Source: Bdellovibrio sp.
GTDB taxonomy: Bacteria; Bdellovibrionota; Bdellovibrionia; Bdellovibrionales; Bdellovibrionaceae
DNA: 64,000 nt
Direction of reading: 5' to 3'
Assembly (NCBI GenBank): GCA_036676395.1
Contig: JAKFCY010000002.1
Location: forward strand, 288,001-352,000
Each line of letters opens with the position of its first letter. Position 1 is the first letter of the stretch. Shown piece after piece: positions 45,907 to 56,000 of the stretch. Under the pieces are notes generated by a model. That model ran no database searches. It was not told where the DNA came from and saw nothing but the letters and a program-made list of their open reading frames with translations. The translations under genes and the position numbers were made by a program.

Positions 45907-46731
45907 ATGAAATACTTATTAGTTTTACCTTTATTCTTTACCGGTTGTGCCACAATGTACGATTTTTTTGGCTTCGATGGTCCTAAGCAAGAAGTTATCG
46001 TTAAAGAAGAAGTGGTGAAAGAGCCATTAACAAAATATTCTGATATTAATAATTTTGCGCCTGCCTCTGACCGCAACTATAAGCGCATGACCAAAGAACG
46101 TTTTGAAGAAGACGCAGAATTGCACGCAGGTGCAGGTTCATTATGGGTGATGGAAGGCCAAACAAGTTATTTATTTGCACAAAATAAAAAACGCCGTGAA
46201 GGTGACCCTTCGACATTATTAGTGCAAGGTATGGCATTAAAAGATGTGCAAATGAAAGCTTTGGCGATTAAAGATTTATTAATCGATTTAGAAAATCAGA
46301 AAAAAGAAGCTGAAGCCAAAAAGAAAAAAGAAGACGACAAAGTTCAGCGGTTAGCAGAAATCGAAAAAGAGAAAAAATCTATCTTAGCTAAAAGTGAAGC
46401 TGATAACGAAGATGCGGCAGCGGTGTTAGCTGAACAGCGTATTGATGCCAGAAAACCTGCATCAGTGGCGGTTGCTGAAGCTCCTAAAGATCCAGAATTA
46501 GAAAAAATTGATTTCAAAGAAATCGAGCAAGTGCCTATTAAAATCACTGAACGTTTACCGGATAACCAATACCGCGTGGCGGGTCAGCAATTTCTAACGA
46601 TCAGAAACCGTCCTTATAAATTAATCGTTAACGGCACAATTCGTGGTGATGATTTTTCAGATCAAAATTTCAGTTCAGACAAAATGTTTGACGGTAATTT
46701 TGAGTTAGTCCACTTAAAGAAAGCTGAGTAA
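45907..46731 (+). CDS. flgH: Divergent flagellar L-ring lipoprotein FlgH
   Basis: Lipobox FTGC, GSLW...YLF, ERLPD.QYRV.G and GTIR..D motifs; lies between flgA and flgI. Confidence 0.75.
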   Translation: MKYLLVLPLFFTGCATMYDFFGFDGPKQEVIVKEEVVKEPLTKYSDINNFAPASDRNYKRMTKERFEEDAELHAGAGSLWVMEGQTSYLFAQNKKRREGDPSTLLVQGMALKDVQMKALAIKDLLIDLENQKKEAEAKKKKEDDKVQRLAEIEKEKKSILAKSEADNEDAAAVLAEQRIDARKPASVAVAEAPKDPELEKIDFKEIEQVPIKITERLPDNQYRVAGQQFLTIRNRPYKLIVNGTIRGDDFSDQNFSSDKMFDGNFELVHLKKAE

Positions 46732-46736
46732 TTAGA

Positions 46737-47735
46737 ATGAAAAAATTAGCTTTAGTTATTTTATTATTATCATTAAATGCAGCCGCAGCCCGTTTAAAAG
46801 ACGTGGCCAGCATTCGTGGAGTACGTGAAAATCAACTGATCGGGTACGGTTTAGTTGTAGGTCTTAAAGGCACAGGCGACACGCAAGCTGAATTTACCAG
46901 TAAATCATTTGCACGTTTAATTGAAAAATTAGGTGTGCAATTAGATAAAAAAGATATTGTTTCTAAAAACGTAGCGGCCGTAATTATCACGGCCTCACTT
47001 CCGCCATTTGCAAAAGCGGGTAATCCATTAGATATCACGGTCAGTGCTGTGGGAGATTCAAGTTCATTAGTGGGTGGTACATTACTGCAAGCTCCGTTAC
47101 GCGCAGGCAACGACGAAATTTTTGCTGTAGCTCAGGGGGCCATCTCGGTTCTAGGTGATGGTAAAGATGTGCACACGACAGTTGGAAGAATTCCAAACGG
47201 CGCCATGATCGAACGTGATATCCAAGCAGATTTCGCTAATCGTAAAATGTATCGTATGACTTTACATAACCCTGATTTTACAACAGCTGCCCGCACTATT
47301 CTTACAATCAATAAAGAATTAGGTGGCCAATATGCTTCAGCAAAAGATGCCGGAACAATTGATATCATCACGCCATCATCTTACGAAAATAAAGGTGTTG
47401 AGCTAATGGCAACAATTGAAGCCATTGAAATTAATCCAGATCAAAAAGCACGTGTGATCATTAACGAAAAAACCGGAACAATTGTTATCGGTGAAAAAGT
47501 TAAAATTTCACGAGTAGGTTTAAGTCACGGTAATATCACTTTAAAAGTGGTTGATGAAAAAACTAAAAAATTAACTCCGATTGATGACAAGGTGGCCTTA
47601 TTAGACACTGGTGCAAACGTTGGTGATTTAGTACAAGCCTTAAATAAATTAGGTGTAACACCGAAAGATTTGATTTCGATTTTGCAGTCAATTAAGGCTG
47701 CTGGAGCCCTTCACGGAGAACTGGAGACTTTCTAA
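46737..47735 (+). CDS. flgI: Flagellar P-ring protein FlgI
   Basis: RLKDVA..GVRENQLIGYGLVVGL.GTGD and AAGALHGEL motifs. Confidence 0.96.
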   Translation: MKKLALVILLLSLNAAAARLKDVASIRGVRENQLIGYGLVVGLKGTGDTQAEFTSKSFARLIEKLGVQLDKKDIVSKNVAAVIITASLPPFAKAGNPLDITVSAVGDSSSLVGGTLLQAPLRAGNDEIFAVAQGAISVLGDGKDVHTTVGRIPNGAMIERDIQADFANRKMYRMTLHNPDFTTAARTILTINKELGGQYASAKDAGTIDIITPSSYENKGVELMATIEAIEINPDQKARVIINEKTGTIVIGEKVKISRVGLSHGNITLKVVDEKTKKLTPIDDKVALLDTGANVGDLVQALNKLGVTPKDLISILQSIKAAGALHGELETF

Positions 47736-48424
47736 TGTCTGATATTTCCAAATTAAGTTCAGCACGCTTAGCGGGTGCTGTGCAAAAAAATGAAGGAAAA
47801 GAAGGCGACGCGAAGATTCGCGAAGTGGCAGACATGTATGAAAAGTATTTCATGAAAGAAATGATGCGCAACATGCGTTCAACAATCCAAGAAGGTGGTT
47901 TTTTAAAAACCAACAACGCAGAAAAAATCTTTCAAGAACAATTAGACGATGAATATTCAACACAAGGAAATCAGCGCGGTGGTTTTGGTGTTTCAGATAT
48001 GATTTACCAACAATTAACCGAAAAATTCGGCGCACAATTAGGACTGCCCGGTAAGGTTGATAAACCTAACGGGCCGATTCCTATAGATAAAAAAATTAAA
48101 TTAGAAGAGTTAATGAATACGCCTCAGCAAAAAACTTACCTAATGCACCCAGAACAAGCCAGTAATGGTGCAGATAAGAATGTGAATGTGCAAACCCCAT
48201 GGGCGGGTGTTTTGCAGAATAAGAATAGACATGAAGGTGATAAAACTTCTTACGCCATTAAACACGACAATGGCCTAGAAAGTCTCATTATGACACACGG
48301 AGCTCCTTCAGCTGAAACCCGTAATTTGTCTCCCGGAGACAAATTAGAGGCGGGCCAGTCCTTAGGTCTGGCAAGTGCGGGCAGCCCTTTAGTATGGAAC
48401 GTTAAAAAATCTGTCTCAGAATGA
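47735..48424 (+). CDS. flgJ: FlgJ-like rod-binding protein lacking a muramidase domain
   Basis: Rod-binding motif YEKYFMKEMMRNMR...IFQEQLD...GFGVSDMIYQQL. Confidence 0.8.
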   Translation: MSDISKLSSARLAGAVQKNEGKEGDAKIREVADMYEKYFMKEMMRNMRSTIQEGGFLKTNNAEKIFQEQLDDEYSTQGNQRGGFGVSDMIYQQLTEKFGAQLGLPGKVDKPNGPIPIDKKIKLEELMNTPQQKTYLMHPEQASNGADKNVNVQTPWAGVLQNKNRHEGDKTSYAIKHDNGLESLIMTHGAPSAETRNLSPGDKLEAGQSLGLASAGSPLVWNVKKSVSE

Positions 48425-48481
48425 TTTGGTTGAGACGTGCAATTATGATACACTATGAGAATATACCCTTGGAGGTTTTAG

Positions 48482-48835
48482 ATGAAAATTACACATAACA
48501 AAGTCGGCCAAAATCTGAATTTAACTGATTCGTCTCGTGCTGATAAATCTAAAAAATCTGAAGCAGCCAATTCATCATCAGCAACATCGCAAACTGAAAA
48601 AGCAAATGGTTTACCTTTTGCTGCAAATACAGATTCAGCAAAAGTAGATCTTTCAGCTCGCGCTAAAGATATCGCTCGTGCCAAAGAAATCGCGATGGCT
48701 TCTCCGGATATGGATCAGGCTAAAATTGAAAAATTTCAAAAATTAATTGATGAAGGTAAATACAAAGTGGATTCAAAAGCCATCGCAGAACGCATGGTCG
48801 AAGAGCACTTAATGACCGGAAAAACTTCAGAGTAA
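48482..48835 (+). CDS. flgM: Anti-sigma28 factor FlgM
   Basis: VDLS...KIEKFQKLIDEGKYKVDSKAIAERM; SD GGAGG. Confidence 0.92.
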   Translation: MKITHNKVGQNLNLTDSSRADKSKKSEAANSSSATSQTEKANGLPFAANTDSAKVDLSARAKDIARAKEIAMASPDMDQAKIEKFQKLIDEGKYKVDSKAIAERMVEEHLMTGKTSE

Positions 48836-48862
48836 CGGATTACAAAAAGAAATAGGTAGACA

Positions 48863-49381
48863 ATGGACACTGTCTCTTTAAGAAAATTAGCTTACGAAAA
48901 AATGATCGCAAATCTTGATGATATGTTGAAAAACTATCGTCAGTTGTTAGATCTTGTTCGTAAAGAAAAAGATCTTTTGATCACTTCAAATATTGATCAG
49001 TTGAATGAAAATAATAATACCAAAGAGCAAGTGATTATTAAAATCAAAGCCCTTGATGCTACTCGTATTAATTATGCAGCTGAGCTGGCTCATTTTGCTC
49101 AGGCAGATACGGCTCAGCCAAGATTGCTTGAAATCGCCCAAAAAATGGGTGGCGCAGAAGGCGAAAAACTACGCACCATGCACGCAGCACTTGAAATGGT
49201 GATTAAACGTTTAAGCGAAATCAACAAAGGCAATGTGATCTTTGCTGAATCGGCACTTAAGACAGTGAACTCAGCTTTAGAAAATTTTAAAGAGGCTTTA
49301 ACGCCGCAAAAAACTTACCAAAAAAAGGGAAAGTACCAGCAAGGTTCTCAAACAGGACACATGGTAAAACGCGAAGCTTAG
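48863..49381 (+). CDS. flgN: Flagellar export chaperone FlgN
   Basis: Helical protein with C-terminal TY..KG motif, between flgM and flgK. Confidence 0.82.
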   Translation: MDTVSLRKLAYEKMIANLDDMLKNYRQLLDLVRKEKDLLITSNIDQLNENNNTKEQVIIKIKALDATRINYAAELAHFAQADTAQPRLLEIAQKMGGAEGEKLRTMHAALEMVIKRLSEINKGNVIFAESALKTVNSALENFKEALTPQKTYQKKGKYQQGSQTGHMVKREA

Positions 49382-49442
49382 TCATAAAGACTAAGTTAAT
49401 TAACCCAGACAACGGATTGTCAGGGTTTAAAAGGGGCAACGG

Positions 49443-50861
49443 ATGGCCAAAATTCATGGAATGATGGATATAGGACGAAGAGCGATGGCGCTGAATCAAT
49501 CAGCGATCCAAACGACTTCGCACAATATCACTAATAAATCCACTGAAGGTTATTCTCGTCAAAAAGTTGATTTCCAAACTAATCCGTCGGTTGGTGAAGG
49601 TCGTTATCAAATCGGTACCGGTGTTCGTATGGCGAATATTTCGCGTGTGAACAATCCTTGGATTGAAAAACAATTAGAAACAGAAAATTCAAATTTTAGC
49701 CGTTTAGACCAAAAAGCTCAGGCTCTTGCGCGTTTAGAATCAACGATGAACGAACAAAGCGTTAAAGGAATGAACGATTCAATCAGTAATTTCTTTAACT
49801 CGTTTCGTGAACTAGCAAATACGCCTGAATCGGCAGTTGCGCGTACGCAAGTGCGTGAAGCTGGAATGGGTTTAGTTAAACAGTTTCAAGATGCTCATCG
49901 CCAAATTGCGGATGTTAAAGTCGATATGAATAAAAATATCGAGTTTGCAATTGCGCAGGTAAATTCGCTAGCTAAAGAGATTTCTGGAACAAATGAAAAA
50001 ATCCAGCAAATTGAGATTAATGGATCAGATACGGCCAATGATGAGCGTGATCATCGTGATATGTTACTGAAAAAAATGTCAGAATTAGTTAATATTTCTT
50101 ACGCTGAAGATAAAAAAACCGGAATGGTGAATGTGACTGCCGGTAAAGCTGCGGTGTTAGTTGCGGGAACAACGCACTCACAATTAAAAACAGCTTCAGC
50201 GCCAAGTGGCCAGATGTTAATTTTACATGAGTTAAGCCCTGGTGGAAGCCAATTAGATATCACAGACCGTTTTACCCAAGGCAAAGTGGGCGCCGCACTT
50301 GAAGTTCGCGATCAAACAACTCAAGGCATGTTAGATAACTTAAATGATTTAGCTTATAATATCGCAAATGAAGTGAATCGTGCCCACCGTGAAGGTTACG
50401 ATCGTCAAAACATTGCGGGTTCAAACTTTTTTGAATTAGCTAATCCAGCAGAGCCTTTCTCTGTCGAGAATTTAAAACTCTCTTCTGAAATCGTAAAAGA
50501 TGTTAGCCGTATCGCTGCAGCTGCAAAACCAAATGCTCCGGGCGATAACACGGTAGCCAATTTGATTCATAATTTACAAGGTCGTCGCATGATGGAAGAC
50601 GGCAAATACAGTTACGATGATTTTTACAATTCAAAAGTGAGCGAAATCGGTATTTTAGCCCAACGTTCAACAAGCGAATTGGATAGCCAGCGTAATACGT
50701 TAGAGCAATTAACTAATATCCGTGAATCTATCAGTGGTGTAAGCCTTGATGAAGAAGCGGCTAAACTGATCGAATATCAAAAATCATTCGAAGCTTCAGC
50801 ACGTTTAGTGACTACAGCTGATGAGATGTTTGATACGATCCTAAACTTAAAGAGACTGTAG
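49443..50861 (+). CDS. flgK: Hook-associated protein FlgK
   Basis: SHNITN.STEGYSRQ and SGVSLDEEAAKLI.YQ motifs. Confidence 0.95.
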   Translation: MAKIHGMMDIGRRAMALNQSAIQTTSHNITNKSTEGYSRQKVDFQTNPSVGEGRYQIGTGVRMANISRVNNPWIEKQLETENSNFSRLDQKAQALARLESTMNEQSVKGMNDSISNFFNSFRELANTPESAVARTQVREAGMGLVKQFQDAHRQIADVKVDMNKNIEFAIAQVNSLAKEISGTNEKIQQIEINGSDTANDERDHRDMLLKKMSELVNISYAEDKKTGMVNVTAGKAAVLVAGTTHSQLKTASAPSGQMLILHELSPGGSQLDITDRFTQGKVGAALEVRDQTTQGMLDNLNDLAYNIANEVNRAHREGYDRQNIAGSNFFELANPAEPFSVENLKLSSEIVKDVSRIAAAAKPNAPGDNTVANLIHNLQGRRMMEDGKYSYDDFYNSKVSEIGILAQRSTSELDSQRNTLEQLTNIRESISGVSLDEEAAKLIEYQKSFEASARLVTTADEMFDTILNLKRL

Positions 50862-50871
50862 GAGTTAAACT

Positions 50872-51951
50872 ATGAGAGTCTCTGATAAGATGCAACAAGC
50901 CCAAGTATTGAATAACTTAAATAAAAATCGTACTGAGCTGTCTAATTTACAAAACCAGGCTTCAAGCTTAAAAAAAGTGACAAAACCTTCGGATGATCCG
51001 ATAGGAGTTTCTCGCATTTTGCAAAGTCGAACTGATTCATCGAACATGACCCAGTTCGATAAGAATATTTTCTTAGGAAAATCTTTTTTAGAAACCACTG
51101 AAACTGTATTAAGCCAAATGGGTGATGTGATTGTTCGTGCCAAAGAGTTAGCTCTGCAGGCAGCCAATGACACCAATGCCGGTATGCCGCGAGAGATGAT
51201 CGCCTCTGAAGTTGAACAAATTTATAATTCGATTGTTGAATTAAGTAACCGCCGTTTCGGTGAAAGATATATCTTTGCCGGCCATAAAACGACAGAAGCT
51301 CCATTTACCAAAGAGGGTAAGTACACTGGTGATAATGGCCAAATCCAAATTCAAAATTTAGAAGGCCAATTCATGCCAATTAATCTTGTGGGTTCACAAG
51401 TGTTCTTAGGTGAAGATCTATCTTACGGCGGAAATGTATCGCGTGAACAAAATATTCCGTTAACAGTTGAAGACTTGCAAAAATTTAAAATCGATCAAAT
51501 AGAAGCTGAATTTCAAAAAGAAGAAGCGCAAGAGCACCAGTTGGAAACACGCGGGCCTGCCAATGTCGGTTCAGTGCAAAGAATCAGTGAGCGTGACCCA
51601 GTAACGAATGCTCGTGGCGTGAATGTTTTCCAGACAATCATGGGCCTGGAAGCCGCTCTACGCGCGAATGACAAGCTGGGTATCCAAGAGTCTTTAGATA
51701 CTTTAGATCAAGCCATGAATCAGGTAAATCTAGCGCGTGCCGAAGTGGGCGGGCGTACAAATCAATTAATTGCTACAAGTGAAAGCATCCAACGCGGTAT
51801 CGTCGATAATAAAGCGTATAACTCGCAAATCGAAGATGCAGATGTATTTCAGGTTATGACAGAAATCAATAAATCCAATCAGACCTTAGAGGCTACGCTC
51901 TCAACTTCACAGAAGTTCATGAGCCAAAGCTTACTTGACTTCTTACGCTAG
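50872..51951 (+). CDS. flgL: Hook-associated protein FlgL
   Basis: KPSDDP, YIFAG, RAEVGGR and SLLDFLR motifs. Confidence 0.94.
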   Translation: MRVSDKMQQAQVLNNLNKNRTELSNLQNQASSLKKVTKPSDDPIGVSRILQSRTDSSNMTQFDKNIFLGKSFLETTETVLSQMGDVIVRAKELALQAANDTNAGMPREMIASEVEQIYNSIVELSNRRFGERYIFAGHKTTEAPFTKEGKYTGDNGQIQIQNLEGQFMPINLVGSQVFLGEDLSYGGNVSREQNIPLTVEDLQKFKIDQIEAEFQKEEAQEHQLETRGPANVGSVQRISERDPVTNARGVNVFQTIMGLEAALRANDKLGIQESLDTLDQAMNQVNLARAEVGGRTNQLIATSESIQRGIVDNKAYNSQIEDADVFQVMTEINKSNQTLEATLSTSQKFMSQSLLDFLR

Positions 51952-51976
51952 TCACATTAACTAGACTTCCGCTGAG

Positions 51977-52004
51977 TTATGTTTACAGAGATATGAGCCG
52001 ATAG
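51977..52004 (+). promoter_or_regulatory. Putative sigma28 promoter of csrA
   Basis: TTATGTTT-N12-GCCGATAG. Confidence 0.55.
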
Positions 52005-52070
52005 GTTCGTATCAGTATGATGTTTTGTCTATAAGAGACAATTCAGTGGAAGGAACAAGGAGTTCTATTT

Positions 52071-52301
52071 ATGCTAGTACTTACAAGGAAGTTAGGCGAG
52101 AGCATTGCGATTGATGATCACATCAAGATCCGCGTAGTTCAAATCAAAGGTAAACAAGTTCGTTTAGGTATTGAAGCTCCGAAGGACACTAAGATCCATC
52201 GCGAGGAAGTTTACTTGGCTATTCAAGATCAAAATCAACAGTCAGTTCAAGTCAGTTCAGATAGAGTTAAAAACATCTCTAAGCTACTTAAACCTGAATA
52301 G
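52071..52301 (+). CDS. csrA: Carbon storage regulator CsrA
   Basis: MLVLTRKLGESIAI...VRLGIEAPK..KIHREEVY. Confidence 0.97.
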   Translation: MLVLTRKLGESIAIDDHIKIRVVQIKGKQVRLGIEAPKDTKIHREEVYLAIQDQNQQSVQVSSDRVKNISKLLKPE

Positions 52302-52470
52302 TTCCTTGATCGCTTTTTATTCATAGTTCTCTATTTCTCCCTTTTTAAGGAAATTTAATAACTTACGGCGTTAAACGCATAAAAAAATTGATGCCCCACG
52401 GTTTTAAGGCCAGTATTGATTAACCGGTTAAGGATGATCGAGTGTCTTAAAAATTAAGCATGGGGGGATC

Positions 52471-53004
52471 GTGATAATTAATACGACTCGTTTCGGTCAA
52501 GTGAATCTACAACAAGAAGACATTATTACCTTTCCAGAAGGTCTTCTAGGTTTTCAAGATCTAAGAAATTTTGTTTTACTCGATGATCCAAATGACGACA
52601 TTTTCGCGTGGTTACAATCATGTGAATTACCGTCAATCGCATTTCCTGTATTAGAGCCTGAAATTTTTGGCCAATACTACTCAGTTAATCTTACTAAAAA
52701 TGAATTAGAACTTTTAAAGATCAAAGGTGATCAAAAGCCGACATTCATGAACATCATCACTATTCCAGATGATCCAACACAAATGACAGCGAACGTGAAA
52801 GCGCCAATCGTTATCAATCCAGAAGCTCGTATTGCTCGTCAATGCGTTCTTCAAGATAACAACTTAGCTATCCGTGAGCCAATCTTTGTAAAGCTTCAAA
52901 GCCGTGTGGTGCAAAACCCAAACGTATCCATTAAAGCCTTATCACAAGGGCTTTCTTGCGCAGTGAAACTAAACAACAAGTCAGAGATTGACCAGTCTTT
53001 ATAA
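52471..53004 (+). CDS. fliW: Flagellar assembly factor FliW
   Basis: TTRFG, FPEGLLGF, WLQS and TAN.KAPIVIN motifs. Confidence 0.95.
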   Translation: MIINTTRFGQVNLQQEDIITFPEGLLGFQDLRNFVLLDDPNDDIFAWLQSCELPSIAFPVLEPEIFGQYYSVNLTKNELELLKIKGDQKPTFMNIITIPDDPTQMTANVKAPIVINPEARIARQCVLQDNNLAIREPIFVKLQSRVVQNPNVSIKALSQGLSCAVKLNNKSEIDQSL

Positions 53005-53023
53005 AAGCTGACATTCTCGTCAG

Positions 53024-56000
53024 ATGCCATTTCGAAAGCTTATATTTTCTCAAGCCTCTGGGTTAATCAACCTTGGGGCTAAACGTATTGTTGATGTTAA
53101 GGATAAGCTAGAGCTTCCTGAGCTTCTCAGCGCCTATAATCCTGATATCGACAAAGCCGATATCGATTGGTCGACAAACAAAACTCTTTATAAAAGTTTA
53201 TTTCGCAACAATAAATCTATTCTGTTTAAGTCAGTTTCGTTTCAAGTTGTTGCCAGTTTATTTTCTTTTGCGACGCCGGTTTTAATTCATAATTTCATCT
53301 CAGGTTTGCAAGTCGGCGATTGGTCGCAAGACCATGTCTTGGTATTAATGGCCTATGCGATAGGTTTTGGTTTGTGTGGTGCCGGTAATGGTATTGCGAT
53401 TCAACATTACTTTTTCCACACGCTAAACTTTTTTCAAGTCACAACCAACATTGTGAATAAAAAAATCTTTACGCATGCTTTAAAACTTTCATCGCGTGCA
53501 AAACAAAAATATCAAGTGGGCGATATCGTGAACTTTATGAGTTCAGACACTGATGCCCTTGGTGATGCAGCGATTGTAACGATCGATTTGTCGAATGCGG
53601 TTTTATTATTAGTGGGTTGTTCGGCTTTATTATTTTATTATATCGGCTGGTCAGCGATTGGCGCGGTAGCTGTGATGGCGGTCTTGATTCCGTTAACTCA
53701 GCGTTTAGCTAAAAAATTCGTCCACATGGAAGAAGAAATGATGGCTCAGCGGGATAGCCGCATGACCTTAATGACTCAGATTCTAAATTCAATCCGCGTT
53801 GTGAAGTATTTCTCTTGGGAAAAAAGCGTCCAAGACGAAGTCACCGAAGTTCGTAATAAAGAAATCAGCGCGCGTTTTAAATTAGCCAAATCTGAAATCC
53901 TTTGGGGATTAATCTACGCTTCAATTTCAACAGTGGTGTTGTTTGTCGCTTTAACAATTCATCACTTTCGCGGTCAAACTATTGATTTAGCTTTAGTGCT
54001 GACATGCATTTCTATTTTTTCATTAATGGAAGATCACTTCGGTGGATTATCTCGTTTTATCAGTCGTTTGATGAATGTGTTTGTCAGCGGCCGTCGTATT
54101 ACAGAATTTGTAAAATCAGAAACTGTAGATTCTTTTGCGCCGACTGCAGAAAACCCAGAACTAGCCGGCGAACACGTCGTGGTTAAAGATTTACATTTTG
54201 GTTATGATGTTAAAACGACATTATTTAATAATTTGTCATTCACGTTAAAACAAGGTGAATCATTAGCCATTATCGGCGCCGTAGGTTCAGGCAAATCTAC
54301 GATCTTACAATTATTTTTAAAAGAAATCGCACCCACTTCGGGAATAATTCATTTATCGAATAAATATCGCAGAGCCTATATTCCGCAAGAAGCTTACATT
54401 GTTAATTCTACCCTAAAAGAAAACCTATTTTTTGGTGAAGACCAAGATCAAGCCGTATTAGACCGTGCGATTCAATTATCGTGCTTGCGGGCTGATATCA
54501 ATTTATTACCTAAAGGCACTGATACCGAAATCGGCGAAAAGGGCGTAAATCTATCTGGCGGGCAAAAACAACGCGTAAGTCTTGCGCGCGCCGTGATTGC
54601 AAAGCCTGATGTGATTTTATTAGATGATCCATTGTCTGCCGTTGATCCACACACTGAAAAATTATTGTGTGATCAGCTTATTTTTGGCGAATGGAAAAAT
54701 AAAACTCGCATCATGGCGACTCATCGAATTTCTCAGTTAGAGCGTTTTGATAAAATTTTATTTTTGATCGATGGCCATTACCAGATCGGCACGTATCAAG
54801 AACTTATCGAAAAATCGCCAGAGTTTAAAAAATACTTAGAAATTGAAAAACAAAACCAAAAACACGAAATCGAAATTCAAAAATCAACGCAAGTTACCGA
54901 AGTGTCAGCGCCAAATGCTGATAGCGATGGTCGCATGACGGTAGATGAAGACCGAGAAATCGGTTCGGTTAAAGCTGACATTTATATGACATATATTAAG
55001 TCATTAGGTGGTGATAGCCCTCGTCGTAATATCTTTATTGGCTTATTGTTTTTAGGGGCGATCGTGCATGTGAGTGCACCGATGATGCAAAGAGCGTGGC
55101 TTACGCAAATGAGCGGCAAAGTCGACGCTTTAATGCTGGTGATGGGCTACGGAGCATTTGGATTATTCACGATGTTACTAACATTTATGAATAACTATCA
55201 ATGGACTTACCGCGGGGTTTCAGCTGGAAGACTAATGCATGATAAAATGCTTAAATCGATTTTAAAAAGTCAGATTCGCTTTTTTGATAGCACGCCGATT
55301 GGCCGCATTTTACAGCGTTTCTCGCGTGATGTTGAATCGGTCGATATCCATTTACAGTGGACTTTTGATAATGCGATTCATTCGCTTTTCAATGTGTTGT
55401 CAGCGTTCATTTTAATCGTGATCGCGCTTCCGGTAAGTCTTTTTGTTTTAACCCCGGTGTTTTTTATTTATTATTCGATTCAACATCGCTACCGCCGTGT
55501 CGCCCGCGAAGTAAAACGTTTAGATTCAACAGCCCGCTCACCACGTTACGCTCACTTTAAAGAAACCTTACAGGGTTTAACAGTGATTCGTTCGTTTAAT
55601 TCACAAGAATGGTTCACGAAAGAATTTTTACAAAAATTAAATTTCTCGACTGAAATGTTTTACACCCACTATATGGTGAATCGCTGGTTCTCATCACGCT
55701 TACCATTAATTGGTGCTACCATTTCGATGACAACGGCAATGGCCGTGATTTATGCAAGCTCTAAGGGGTGGTTAACCGCTGGCCTTGCCGGTCTTGTAAC
55801 GTTATATGCTTTAGAATTCTGGCGCCATTTGAATTGGGGAGTAAGAATTTTTTCTGATTTAGAATCACGTATGACTTCAGTTGAACGTTTAGAATTTTAC
55901 ACGAACTTGCCCGCAGAAAAAGATGAAGTGAACTTAATCGACTTTCAAAGAATTCATCCAAAGTGGCCAAGTTCAGGAACTTTAGAATTCAAAAATGTTT

